The position numbers and the translations under genes were made by a program. The notes beneath the pieces were generated by a model. That model was not told the DNA's origin, did no database searches, and saw only the letters and a list, made by a program, of their open reading frames with translations. DNA of 64,000 bases from Escherichia phage vB-Eco-KMB37. The stretch lies in sequence record OR525700; one strand, 5' to 3'. Within the stretch, counting starts at the first letter, position 1, and the number at the start of each line of letters is the position of its first letter. Positions 1 through 8,487 of the stretch are shown here, one piece after another.

Positions 1-116
1 TGTCTTTTTGGGGATAATCTTTTAGATGTATCAAGGATAACTGTTACATTGCAACCTAATGTTTCATCAAAATAGACTTCAATTTCACAGCCTTCATATT
101 TATTACTTTCTGTCAT
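1..116 (-). CDS. Hypothetical protein, partial (N-terminal part only; continues past window start)
   Basis: Minus-strand ATG at 116 preceded by GAGAGG RBS; open frame runs off the window edge. Confidence 0.3.
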   Translation of the reverse strand, partial: MTESNKYEGCEIEVYFDETLGCNVTVILDTSKRLSPKR

Positions 117-128
117 TTGGCCTCTCAA

Positions 129-539
129 TTAGAATTCAGAATCATCATCTCGTGATGGATCATGTTCATTTCCGAAGTCTTCCATTTTGATATGAGAGCT
201 ACCCCAACCTGTAAAATCTTCTTCTCCAAAGTGCAAAATATCTACACCTTGATAGATTCGCTTATATTTATAGTCTTGTCGAACTGGGAAAGTATACAAT
301 GTAGTATTTGCAAACACCACACGTCGATTGTTGTTACTACGAATATTAACACCACGTTCTACTGTATAATGTCCATCGGTAGACATACCAAGCATTACTA
401 ATGCTGCTCGCAATGTAGTGTTATGATATTCGTGAGGAATTTTTCCTCCGTGCTTTTTAGCCATTTCTTTCCAGATCGGTGTAGCCTTAATGGTAGACAT
501 ACTTACGGTCGCCCAAATGGTTGTATTAATTAGTGACAT
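129..539 (-). CDS. Hypothetical protein
   Basis: 136-aa ORF with AAGGAG RBS upstream of the ATG; no recognisable motif. Confidence 0.45.
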   Translation of the reverse strand: MSLINTTIWATVSMSTIKATPIWKEMAKKHGGKIPHEYHNTTLRAALVMLGMSTDGHYTVERGVNIRSNNNRRVVFANTTLYTFPVRQDYKYKRIYQGVDILHFGEEDFTGWGSSHIKMEDFGNEHDPSRDDDSEF

Positions 540-636
540 AAATTCTCCTTCTCTCTTTTAAGGAGAGCATAGCTCTCCTAACGTTAGCCTATACTACACG
601 AATCTCAATTAAAAGTCAACTATAATTTTAAGTTGA

Positions 637-1608
637 TCACCATTTTGTATGGTTCGTCAAAAGTTGACGATGTTGAATCCAACCACAGAAGTTTCCACTC
701 CACAAACGATGTTTACGATCCATATGTGTAATACCTTCTTCCCAAGAGGAAGGGAACGGAGGAATATTAATACCACCTTTCTGTTGTTTTAATCCTGACA
801 AATCCATTTCTTTCATTGGCGTTGCCTGGTGTTCAAACGGAGATGCATGTACCTTTTGTCCAGACAGCAAACGAGAATAGATATCCAATGCTTTATCTTT
901 AGTATCATTCAACTTACGATAACTTACCTGAGCGCAACAAGAAGCTGAAATAGCTTTTGCTTCATCTTCTGTCAACATTTTCTCGTTGGAGAAGGTTTCA
1001 CCCAAGAAATAACGGATCATACCAGTTTCTGGATCTCGATCACGATTAACGTAAGGTGTATGCCATTCCCCTGGGAAAAGAAGATATGGTTCAGAAGATT
1101 CATACAGTTTTTTAATTTCTTTAGCAAGAGCCTCAATAGTAGGATCTGCATCAGCATCTACGCGCAACCACAAGAAGTTTTCTAGCTCTGTAGTGGTTAC
1201 TACAGTCTTCATACGCTGAAATGGTTCTAGTAGTCGGTTTGCAACCTGTTTATGATAACCAGCAAGGGCAAACTCTTCTGCAAAACGTGCAGCACTTAGC
1301 GCAGCCAAGTCCCACCATTCTTTTGCAGTGTAACCTGCATCAATCAGGGCATCGTGATCTGTGCCTTTATCTTGCATACCTGGTTGGTTAGCACCAAAAC
1401 GATAAGGACGTGCTGGAGATTGCCGTACCATTTCAATTAGAGTTTTAACAGGGATAGCTCGACTTGATGCAGCATTACGAGAAAACAAACGATGCGTCAT
1501 CAATTCAGAGTGAATAATTCGAGGATATTCAAGTTCAAAGGTAACAATATCCTTACCTTCGGATGTTTGAGAGTGTGCAATAATTTTTGCTGAAATAGAA
1601 TTTGTCAT
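637..1608 (-). CDS. ThyX-like (flavin-dependent thymidylate synthase family) protein with non-canonical motif
   Basis: Motif ELMTHRLFSRNAASSRAIP resembles the ThyX RHR-x7-S signature but has THR in place of RHR; 323 aa is longer than typical ThyX. Confidence 0.5.
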   Translation of the reverse strand: MTNSISAKIIAHSQTSEGKDIVTFELEYPRIIHSELMTHRLFSRNAASSRAIPVKTLIEMVRQSPARPYRFGANQPGMQDKGTDHDALIDAGYTAKEWWDLAALSAARFAEEFALAGYHKQVANRLLEPFQRMKTVVTTTELENFLWLRVDADADPTIEALAKEIKKLYESSEPYLLFPGEWHTPYVNRDRDPETGMIRYFLGETFSNEKMLTEDEAKAISASCCAQVSYRKLNDTKDKALDIYSRLLSGQKVHASPFEHQATPMKEMDLSGLKQQKGGINIPPFPSSWEEGITHMDRKHRLWSGNFCGWIQHRQLLTNHTKW

Positions 1609-1617
1609 TATTTCTCC

Positions 1618-2322
1618 TTAAGGTAGTAAAATACTTTCAATTTCTTCCCACTGATTATCTAAACCAGTGATAATTACATTAGGAAGTTTCTTTAACTCTT
1701 CCAAGTATGGATCTTCGTAAATAGTGTTGAAATATATTTTCAACGTTTCATCTGGAAATAGGACAAGATTTTCAGCCCTATCGTCAATAGTTACGTCGCA
1801 AGGTAATAAGTATTTTTCTTTTGTTGCGAAAAAGCCATTACCAGATGTTCTACTAAAGTCCACTTTATCTAAAGATCGTGTTACGTGTCTATATTTAGAA
1901 CTAAGGTGTCCACCCTTAGTGTGGCTTGCTATAGATATATTAGCTCCATTTGCAATTATACGATGAACAACATCTGTACTATTAGGTACTACTCCCATAG
2001 TATCATATAGATGTTGGTTATCCCAAAAAGAGTAAGGATCTACACCAAATTGCTTTTTAAAATCAGGAAAATATTTCGTAATATCATAATGCACAGTCTT
2101 ATGTGCCTTATCAAATTTGATATTAGATCTACTTACCGCATTTAACCAACTCAACCATTCTATATCGGCAGGAGCTATTACTAAATCCCAATCACATACT
2201 AGACGCATTATTTCTCCTGTTATAACATTTTCTACACATTGTTTCGTAAATGTCTTCTCCTCCAATAACAATCTGTTCTTTAGAGTCGATAAGTCTAGCA
2301 TTGAAAATAGCTTTTCTTCCAC
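1618..2322 (-). CDS. Hypothetical protein (nucleotide metabolism neighbourhood); true start probably an internal Met near 2208
   Basis: 234-aa ORF; longest form overlaps the tdk 3' end by 130 nt, so a downstream start is more likely. Confidence 0.4.
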   Translation of the reverse strand: MEEKLFSMLDLSTLKNRLLLEEKTFTKQCVENVITGEIMRLVCDWDLVIAPADIEWLSWLNAVSRSNIKFDKAHKTVHYDITKYFPDFKKQFGVDPYSFWDNQHLYDTMGVVPNSTDVVHRIIANGANISIASHTKGGHLSSKYRHVTRSLDKVDFSRTSGNGFFATKEKYLLPCDVTIDDRAENLVLFPDETLKIYFNTIYEDPYLEELKKLPNVIITGLDNQWEEIESILLP

Positions 2323-2755
2323 ATTTACAAATGCTTTTCAATTCTGTAATTGAATCTGCTATGGCTAATAACCGTTCAGAACCTTCAAACAATTCTGTAG
2401 CAAAATCTGTTTTAAGCCCATAACAGAATACAGGAATATCGTAATTATCTACCACATCTCCAAGAATGTCAACCATATCTTTAGTTAGGAATTGTGATTC
2501 GTCCACAAATACTGCATCTACTGGATTTTCTTTAAGTTGTGTATAAATTTCCAGCATATCTTCTTTTGTTTTAACTGGTTTTGCTTCCTCTTTAATACCT
2601 ATCCTAGAAGCAATAGCACAACCAGATCTGGTATCTAAAGCTGAAGTTAAAAGAAGAACTTTCATATTTCTTTCTTTATAGTTCCAAGCTGTTTGTAGCA
2701 GATGTGTGCTTTTACCACTGTTCATCGGACTATATCGGAAATAAAGTTTAGCCAT
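2192..2755 (-). CDS. tdk: Thymidine kinase
   Basis: P-loop SPMNSGKST near N-terminus, VFVDESQF, C-terminal Cys cluster CKCG...CRKC; 187 aa is typical TK size. Confidence 0.85.
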   Translation of the reverse strand: MAKLYFRYSPMNSGKSTHLLQTAWNYKERNMKVLLLTSALDTRSGCAIASRIGIKEEAKPVKTKEDMLEIYTQLKENPVDAVFVDESQFLTKDMVDILGDVVDNYDIPVFCYGLKTDFATELFEGSERLLAIADSITELKSICKCGRKAIFNARLIDSKEQIVIGGEDIYETMCRKCYNRRNNASSM

Positions 2756-2800
2756 ATTTTCTCCTCTAACGCTCCCATTTGTGGGAGCGATAATACTTTA

Positions 2801-3376
2801 TTATTTCTCTTCGTCAAGAAGAATTTTTACTATTTGTTTTCTTCGCTTACTTACTGTACTTTCTGGTGAAATTCCGCGCTTCGTTAGCCAATTTTTATCC
2901 TTTTTAGACTGGCATAAAGCTATCGCTTCCTTCTCCGCTTTTGCTTCCCTGAATGTCATATCGTGCTTGTCAGCATAAGCCAGGATAGCGTTACACTGCT
3001 TACAAACTACACGCAGGTCGTCTTCTGTTACGTACAATAGGCGTAAAACAAAACTTGGGATATCTTCATAACAGGTTAATGTACCTGCTGCATTAATGTG
3101 GTCTACTTGAAAGTCTTTCATACCTCCTGTATGTCCACACAATTCACATTTACAATTCCAAACCTGTTTCGGTTTGCCTGTTTTCTTATCTAAAACTACA
3201 TTGCCATCTTTATCCAACCTATCGGCTTTAAATCGTACAGATTGGATCTTTTTTATCTTATTCGGGTGTCTCACCCATGCTTTCCTTAAGCAACCCCTTA
3301 AATATGTATAAAAGGCTGCTTGAGTTTTCCAAGGTGTTCCATCTCCCCAAATAACTTTAGGTTCTTTATTTTCCAA
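2801..3376 (-). CDS. HNH homing endonuclease
   Basis: CKCELCGH...DHINAAG...CKQCN His-Asn-His/zinc motif; free-standing between metabolic genes. Confidence 0.7.
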   Translation of the reverse strand: MENKEPKVIWGDGTPWKTQAAFYTYLRGCLRKAWVRHPNKIKKIQSVRFKADRLDKDGNVVLDKKTGKPKQVWNCKCELCGHTGGMKDFQVDHINAAGTLTCYEDIPSFVLRLLYVTEDDLRVVCKQCNAILAYADKHDMTFREAKAEKEAIALCQSKKDKNWLTKRGISPESTVSKRRKQIVKILLDEEK

Positions 3377-3560
3377 TAGTGCTCACCTTTTTAGCTACAT
3401 AATCTCCAGGTGGAATGTTATATTTAAAGAAAAGCATACGGTCTAAACCAGCCTTACACATATTTTCTGGGATTGTGATTGTATATAGGAGTTTATCTCC
3501 GCGTTTATTGTATATTTTATATACTTCACCCTCTCCGTATTGTTTACCGTGAGAAGCCAT
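3366..3560 (-). CDS. Hypothetical small protein
   Basis: 64-aa ORF in the co-directional gene string. Confidence 0.3.
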   Translation of the reverse strand: MASHGKQYGEGEVYKIYNKRGDKLLYTITIPENMCKAGLDRMLFFKYNIPPGDYVAKKVSTIGK

Positions 3561-3945
3561 CTACACTCTCCTTCAATTGTTCAATAGCATCTGCTGCTTC
3601 AATATACTTACCTTTATACATTGCTTTTAAAGCCTTACGAACAAGATCATCGTCTGTATATAAATCAATTAGTTGATTAGCTAACTCAATTTTTACAGGA
3701 TTTTTTAAGTTAGGGTAGGCTTCATACAACATATTGTAATACTTATCACTTAATTCTTTTTCAATATGAATAACGTGAATCGCTTTGTTTAGGTTGATCA
3801 CACGATCACCTTTGTTTCGACAAGCATACTTAGCTAACTTAGTGAAACAAGGAGTTGCACCAATTAGATATGCAAGTTCCAAAGGTTGCATACGCATACG
3901 TTTGTAGTGATCACCATCAATTTGAATATCCAGTGCTGTAGTCAT
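3544..3945 (-). CDS. Hypothetical protein (DUF3310-like GDHY motif)
   Basis: N-terminal IDGDHYKRMRMQP...KY.CR pattern recalled from phage DUF3310 proteins. Confidence 0.4.
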   Translation of the reverse strand: MTTALDIQIDGDHYKRMRMQPLELAYLIGATPCFTKLAKYACRNKGDRVINLNKAIHVIHIEKELSDKYYNMLYEAYPNLKNPVKIELANQLIDLYTDDDLVRKALKAMYKGKYIEAADAIEQLKESVDGFSR

Positions 3946-3959
3946 AAATCCTCCAAAAA

Positions 3960-3985
3960 TAAAGGGGCTTTCGCCCCTTTTTATT
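3960..3985. terminator. Bidirectional-looking intrinsic terminator hairpin
   Basis: AAAGGGGC-TTTC-GCCCCTTT hairpin flanked by an A-run and a T-run. Confidence 0.5.
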
Positions 3986-4946
3986 AAATTCCAATAACAG
4001 TGTTTACACGCTTCTCTTTGCTACGTAAATTAACACGTCCACGAGACAGGCTATTACATGATGTGCATCTTAGCACTTGGAATGTACTAACCGCTGTTGT
4101 GTAAACCTTACCAGGAACAACTTCAAGGTGCTCTTTACCGCAACGAGGACAACGAAGTTTTTCATCGTCATAGAATGCAGATACGTTAGGATGTTGTGGA
4201 ATCCATGCACGAAGTTTGATGTAAAGATCTCTAAGAGAAACAACATCACCATCGTTGTATGTTTGCATACGGAAGAAGGCATGTCTATCTCCTTCACAAC
4301 ATGCTTTCCACAAAGGAAAACCTTCATTATCAAGTTTAAAGTTTTCTGTATCAAAATACAGACACATTTCTTTAAGCGCATTAGAAGGTAGTGCAAACTG
4401 CTTCTTAGCTGCCTTGAGTGTATCAATTACAACATAATGTGATGGTGGCTCCATACCGTGAAAAGCAAAACGTTGGTTAATATAAGCCTTATCAAACTTA
4501 ATTCCGTTGTGCGCGATCACAATATCTGCATCGTCAAGCAAGTGCCAGAGATCTTGACATAATTCCCAATCATCTGTATGATCTATGTCAAACAAAGGGT
4601 AATTGCTAAGGTTCTTACCTTCTACTTCCCCTGTTTCTAAATCAGCAGATGAATAGGAAAGCAAGTAACCTCGACGAATAACTTGTTCAGGTGCAATAAA
4701 GGCTTTGAAACGTGAGAAGCTATACACAATCTCCGGTGCTGTCTCTACGTCAATAATTTTAATTACTGGCCCACCTTTATCTTGCGGAGCACCGCGATGT
4801 GGTGAATTTACACGAGCTAAGTAATCATTTACTGTGCTCTTCTTAGTAGAACTTCCCAACACCTCTTGTGCAATCTTACGCGAAGAATAACCTTGTGCTT
4901 TCATAGATACAATCAAGGCTTTCTGTTCGTCTGTTAATTTACTCAA
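3984..4946 (-). CDS. DEDD-family 3'-5' exonuclease with N-terminal HTH and C-terminal zinc ribbon
   Basis: IIDVETAPE (Exo I) and IAHNGIKFDKAYI (Exo II/III-like) motifs; N-terminal sigma-region-4-like HTH; CPRCG...CTSCN at C-terminus. Confidence 0.6.
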   Translation of the reverse strand: MSKLTDEQKALIVSMKAQGYSSRKIAQEVLGSSTKKSTVNDYLARVNSPHRGAPQDKGGPVIKIIDVETAPEIVYSFSRFKAFIAPEQVIRRGYLLSYSSADLETGEVEGKNLSNYPLFDIDHTDDWELCQDLWHLLDDADIVIAHNGIKFDKAYINQRFAFHGMEPPSHYVVIDTLKAAKKQFALPSNALKEMCLYFDTENFKLDNEGFPLWKACCEGDRHAFFRMQTYNDGDVVSLRDLYIKLRAWIPQHPNVSAFYDDEKLRCPRCGKEHLEVVPGKVYTTAVSTFQVLRCTSCNSLSRGRVNLRSKEKRVNTVIGI

Positions 4947-5977
4947 TGTTCCTCCTGCTCTGAAATATATGCTTGTAGCATACTTTCAAAAGTTGTTTCA
5001 TCATTCGCCCAACGTTTCATATATACCAACTGAAAAATTGTCTCTATCCATTCATCAGTTGTCATTTCTACTTCTTCACCATCCCAAGAAGTAAATTTAA
5101 CGCCGTCTGGGAACCATTCATAATACTGATCTTTAACTGTCTGAAAAAGTTCAGCCTGTGTTTTACATTTGGAAATAAGATTAAAGCAAGTAATATCTCC
5201 AAACTTAACATCGAAATCTTGGTAAGGTCGAATACTATCTGTCTTATCGCCCATTAGCATTTGATAAGCTAACCAGTAACTACCCCAACCCTTAACTTCT
5301 TTTTTCTTACCTTTTTCTACGATCCAGATATCACCGATAGATTCATCAATCAGAATAACACAAGGATTTTTATAAACACCATCCTCTTTATAAAAGTTAA
5401 AGAGTAAACTCGGTGTGTGTAAGCTATCTTTGTCGATAGATGCTACAATATGAGAAAACTTACCAGTTTCCTTGTAGGCTTTATACCCTGCATATCCATA
5501 GATTTCTAAAGCATCATCTGCCTCAATACCAGTAACAACGTCACCGTTATGTTTTTCAACTAGATAATCTTTAGTATCTGATAATTGGATTGGTCTTAAA
5601 TCTGATCGCTCTGATTTATATTCTTTTGGCATTTTGAAAGAATGCCGGAAGGTTTTTCCTACCCCGATGACACCGCAATACTTTTGAAGTTTTAGGTGAT
5701 CCACCATCTGGGTTATTTTTGTCTTTGCAGCTTGAAACGTAAAAGAAATATTCTCTGGGACTATTTGAACATCTTTTATTTCAAAATCTTCTTTGGAGAA
5801 CAACTTCTTACCAGCAGCTTCGCGTTGCGCGTTAAGTGCTCCTAACCATCCTCCAATATTTTTTGAAGATTTACCCCAAAAATCTGTTCTTGTTTCAAAC
5901 TCTTTTACATTACCGGAAGCCTTGTGTACAGCGTGGATTTTTCTTTGTTCTAAAGCTGAAGACGCTTGGAACGCCAC
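4943..5977 (-). CDS. Putative FEN-like 5'-3' exonuclease
   Basis: GIEADDALEIYGY and VASIDKDSL motifs resemble the Pol I 5'-nuclease GYEADD / SGDKD signatures. Confidence 0.45.
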   Translation of the reverse strand: MAFQASSALEQRKIHAVHKASGNVKEFETRTDFWGKSSKNIGGWLGALNAQREAAGKKLFSKEDFEIKDVQIVPENISFTFQAAKTKITQMVDHLKLQKYCGVIGVGKTFRHSFKMPKEYKSERSDLRPIQLSDTKDYLVEKHNGDVVTGIEADDALEIYGYAGYKAYKETGKFSHIVASIDKDSLHTPSLLFNFYKEDGVYKNPCVILIDESIGDIWIVEKGKKKEVKGWGSYWLAYQMLMGDKTDSIRPYQDFDVKFGDITCFNLISKCKTQAELFQTVKDQYYEWFPDGVKFTSWDGEEVEMTTDEWIETIFQLVYMKRWANDETTFESMLQAYISEQEEH

Positions 5978-6069
5978 TTGATCGTAGTCTATTGCAAGAA
6001 TTGTGTTCTCGTCAACATATTTGTGCAGGTCTTCCGGTTGGATTAAAATGTAACCGCTAATATTACCTC

Positions 6070-6282
6070 CTATTCATCATCTGAACTCTCTGTTGAGAAT
6101 GTTCGTGTGTAGGGACACTGACGACTTGCAGAAACCTCTATAACCTTGTCGTACATACCGTTAGAGTAAAAACAGTATTTTGTACTTCCAGAAACTTGTT
6201 CTCCAGAATTAATTAAAGTTATTTGACCAGCATAAGAATAAGAACTGATTACTAAAAGTAAACCGACAAGAAGTTTTTTCAT
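6070..6282 (-). CDS. Small secreted protein (signal peptide)
   Basis: MKKLLVGLLLVISSYSYA signal-peptide-like N-terminus; 70 aa with two Cys. Confidence 0.4.
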   Translation of the reverse strand: MKKLLVGLLLVISSYSYAGQITLINSGEQVSGSTKYCFYSNGMYDKVIEVSASRQCPYTRTFSTESSDDE

Positions 6283-6357
6283 TGGTGTGTCTCCTTAAAA
6301 GCCCACCTAACTAAGTAGGTAGGCATATTAACACATATTAAATTAGTAAGTCAAGTA

Positions 6358-7263
6358 TTATTTTTGAATAGTTGACTTGATAAGGTCTTGCATAATACCA
6401 CGGATTTCATTAAAGCACAGAAGGACAGATGCTTCAAAAGATCCTTCTTCGTCGTTAAAGTATTTAGGGAATTTAATACCACTCAACTTAAATTCTTTAT
6501 CAACAATAAAGTTAACGAAACCGTCATATTCCAGGCCAATGGCAACAACGTGCTTACCATCTTCCATAAGTTCTACTGCACGAGATTCGTAAAGGGATTC
6601 TTTACTCCATACAACCACACCTTCAGAATCTTCAAGTTTAATATAATTACCAAGAGTCAGTCGTTCAGCCTCATGTTCTTCTAAGATGGTATCGAAACCT
6701 TTAATAATGGCTTCTTCGTGTACACTAAACGGCAGAACTGGGAAAGTACCCAACACCTCACGAAGAAACACAGCAATATCTTCACTAATTTTCTTAGTAC
6801 CATTAAGAACGTAGGTAATACTGTTTTCAGTGTCTACAACAACATAGTTATAGAAATCATCTGCCTCTGTTTCTGGGAGCAGAGAAAACACGATATCAGC
6901 CTCAATTGCTTTTTTGCTTTCTTTGTCCAAGAAGAACTCTTTAGTAGGATTTGCAGCAATAAACTCTTGTTCCATCTCCTGGAGTTTTTCATTAAGAATG
7001 CGTTTAACTTTCTTCTTGTTAACTTTCTTAACAGACTGCCCTACTTTAATAACCTCTAAACCAGAGAACACTTTTACATAGGAACCATCATCTTCAAAAC
7101 GAACAAGACCAATGGTATGTGCTTGTTGCCCCTGTGCCACAACAAAATCCAGCGGTTTGTCTGTTACTGTGTTCAGTGCTGAAATAGACAGACCATCACC
7201 AGAAATCAGGGTTACGCAAGATTTGAAATTTTTAGCAAACATAGTTTTCTCCTCAAATAACAA
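6358..7263 (-). CDS. RdgC-like recombination-associated protein
   Basis: Central segment ADIVFSLLPETEA...VVVDTENS...DIAVFLREVLGTFPVLPFS aligns by eye with E. coli RdgC; ~300 aa size matches. Confidence 0.5.
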   Translation of the reverse strand: MLFEEKTMFAKNFKSCVTLISGDGLSISALNTVTDKPLDFVVAQGQQAHTIGLVRFEDDGSYVKVFSGLEVIKVGQSVKKVNKKKVKRILNEKLQEMEQEFIAANPTKEFFLDKESKKAIEADIVFSLLPETEADDFYNYVVVDTENSITYVLNGTKKISEDIAVFLREVLGTFPVLPFSVHEEAIIKGFDTILEEHEAERLTLGNYIKLEDSEGVVVWSKESLYESRAVELMEDGKHVVAIGLEYDGFVNFIVDKEFKLSGIKFPKYFNDEEGSFEASVLLCFNEIRGIMQDLIKSTIQK

Positions 7264-7531
7264 CTACAAAATATTTTACACCATCATATTCGACAATATG
7301 ATCAGGATATTTAAATCCTTTATAAGATTTACCAAACAGACTAACAGCTTCATTAGCTTTGTTTTGCGGATTACTCAACCACTGTTCTTCTGTGTAAAAC
7401 TTAAATTCTGTTCTCTTACCTTCTTTTTCTAAACCAACAATTTCCTGTGTGATATCTTCAATACCTGCATTCTTCAAGGATTTGATTACCTGACGCAAAC
7501 CGTGTTTAAAGATATCTTCTGCTGTTAACAT
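7253..7531 (-). CDS. Hypothetical protein
   Basis: 92-aa ORF, co-directional and tightly packed. Confidence 0.35.
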   Translation of the reverse strand: MLTAEDIFKHGLRQVIKSLKNAGIEDITQEIVGLEKEGKRTEFKFYTEEQWLSNPQNKANEAVSLFGKSYKGFKYPDHIVEYDGVKYFVVVI

Positions 7532-7543
7532 AATACCTCCAAT

Positions 7544-7569
7544 AAGCCCCCGAAGGGGCTTTATTTCTT
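7544..7569 (-). terminator. Intrinsic terminator-like hairpin
   Basis: AAGCCCC-CGAA-GGGGCTT hairpin immediately 3' of the 7568..8290 gene. Confidence 0.4.
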
Positions 7570-8290
7570 AAGCAATGATTGCTGCGATATTAGGTTTAAC
7601 AAAGGTAGATGGCTTCATAATTTTACCTTTGTCATCAAAGAATACGTATACCTTTTGAACTTCGTTATATACAGCATGTACTCCAGTATAAGAACCTTCT
7701 GCACGATCTTTGCTTCGCATCTCGATAGCATCACACTCTTTTTCAAGAGCTTCAACAATATCCTTAGTTTCCCAAATAGCCAGGAGTTGCTTCTTGGTAG
7801 GATACTTGGACTCATTGCTATTCAACACTTCACGCATAACCTTCTTCTCGTTATAAACAGAACGTACCAAAGTATCTCGTGCCATACGTGTAAGTGTAAG
7901 AGACATTAGGGCAAATTGCAAGTCATTTTCTACCATTTTATCAAATTCAATGATAACATCGTAAATGTTCTCTGCCAGAACATCTCCTGTCGGCATTTCC
8001 AGAGCTTTATCAACACCTTCTTTACCAAAGAACATAAATGCCAGGTAGGATGCTACCACAAAAATATCTGCTGCTGCATCAAGTAATTCAACGTGATCAT
8101 TTTCCTGTGCTGCTGCTTGAAACTCTTTAAGTTCTTCTCGTACAAAAGAAAGTTGAGCTTCAAACATCTCTTGAGTAAATTCTGGGGTTACTCCACCACG
8201 TGCCTTAGCATTCCAAGCAACAATTTGATCGGCAGCTTTGATAAAGAAGCTATTGTCCACTTTTACTTGTTTGAAAAAATTCTCGATCAT
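7568..8290 (-). CDS. MazG-like nucleotide pyrophosphohydrolase domain protein
   Basis: REELKEF...ELLDAAADIFVVASY resembles the all-alpha MazG/dUTPase-like motif. Confidence 0.4.
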   Translation of the reverse strand: MIENFFKQVKVDNSFFIKAADQIVAWNAKARGGVTPEFTQEMFEAQLSFVREELKEFQAAAQENDHVELLDAAADIFVVASYLAFMFFGKEGVDKALEMPTGDVLAENIYDVIIEFDKMVENDLQFALMSLTLTRMARDTLVRSVYNEKKVMREVLNSNESKYPTKKQLLAIWETKDIVEALEKECDAIEMRSKDRAEGSYTGVHAVYNEVQKVYVFFDDKGKIMKPSTFVKPNIAAIIA

Positions 8291-8299
8291 TGTTTCTCC

Positions 8300-8479
8300 T
8301 TATTTAAAATATTGTTCTAACAAAACACTAATGCGAACTACTGATTCGCCCATATACGCCCCAGCACAGAGGAAAACAACAAATCTACAAAAATTGCAGT
8401 ACCATTTATCCACTGGAAACGAGGCTAACATTATAATTGCAATAGCAATTAACATCATAAGAACTGTTACTAATACCAT
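8300..8479 (-). CDS. Small membrane protein
   Basis: Hydrophobic stretch VLVTVLMMLIAIAIIMLASF; start taken at the internal Met to avoid overlap with the ligase gene. Confidence 0.3.
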   Translation of the reverse strand: MVLVTVLMMLIAIAIIMLASFPVDKWYCNFCRFVVFLCAGAYMGESVVRISVLLEQYFK

Positions 8480-8487
8480 ATTACCTC

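Noticed and set aside
4070-4437. Three short ORFs (4070..4426 -, 4077..4391 +, 4255..4437 +) inside the exonuclease gene
   Set aside because: Nested within or antisense to a longer ORF with clear catalytic motifs; Cys/Lys-rich junk translations.
6377-7059. Plus-strand ORFs (6377..6592, 6388..6684, 6718..7059) antisense to the RdgC-like gene
   Set aside because: Antisense to a motif-bearing gene; low-complexity Phe/Asn-rich products.
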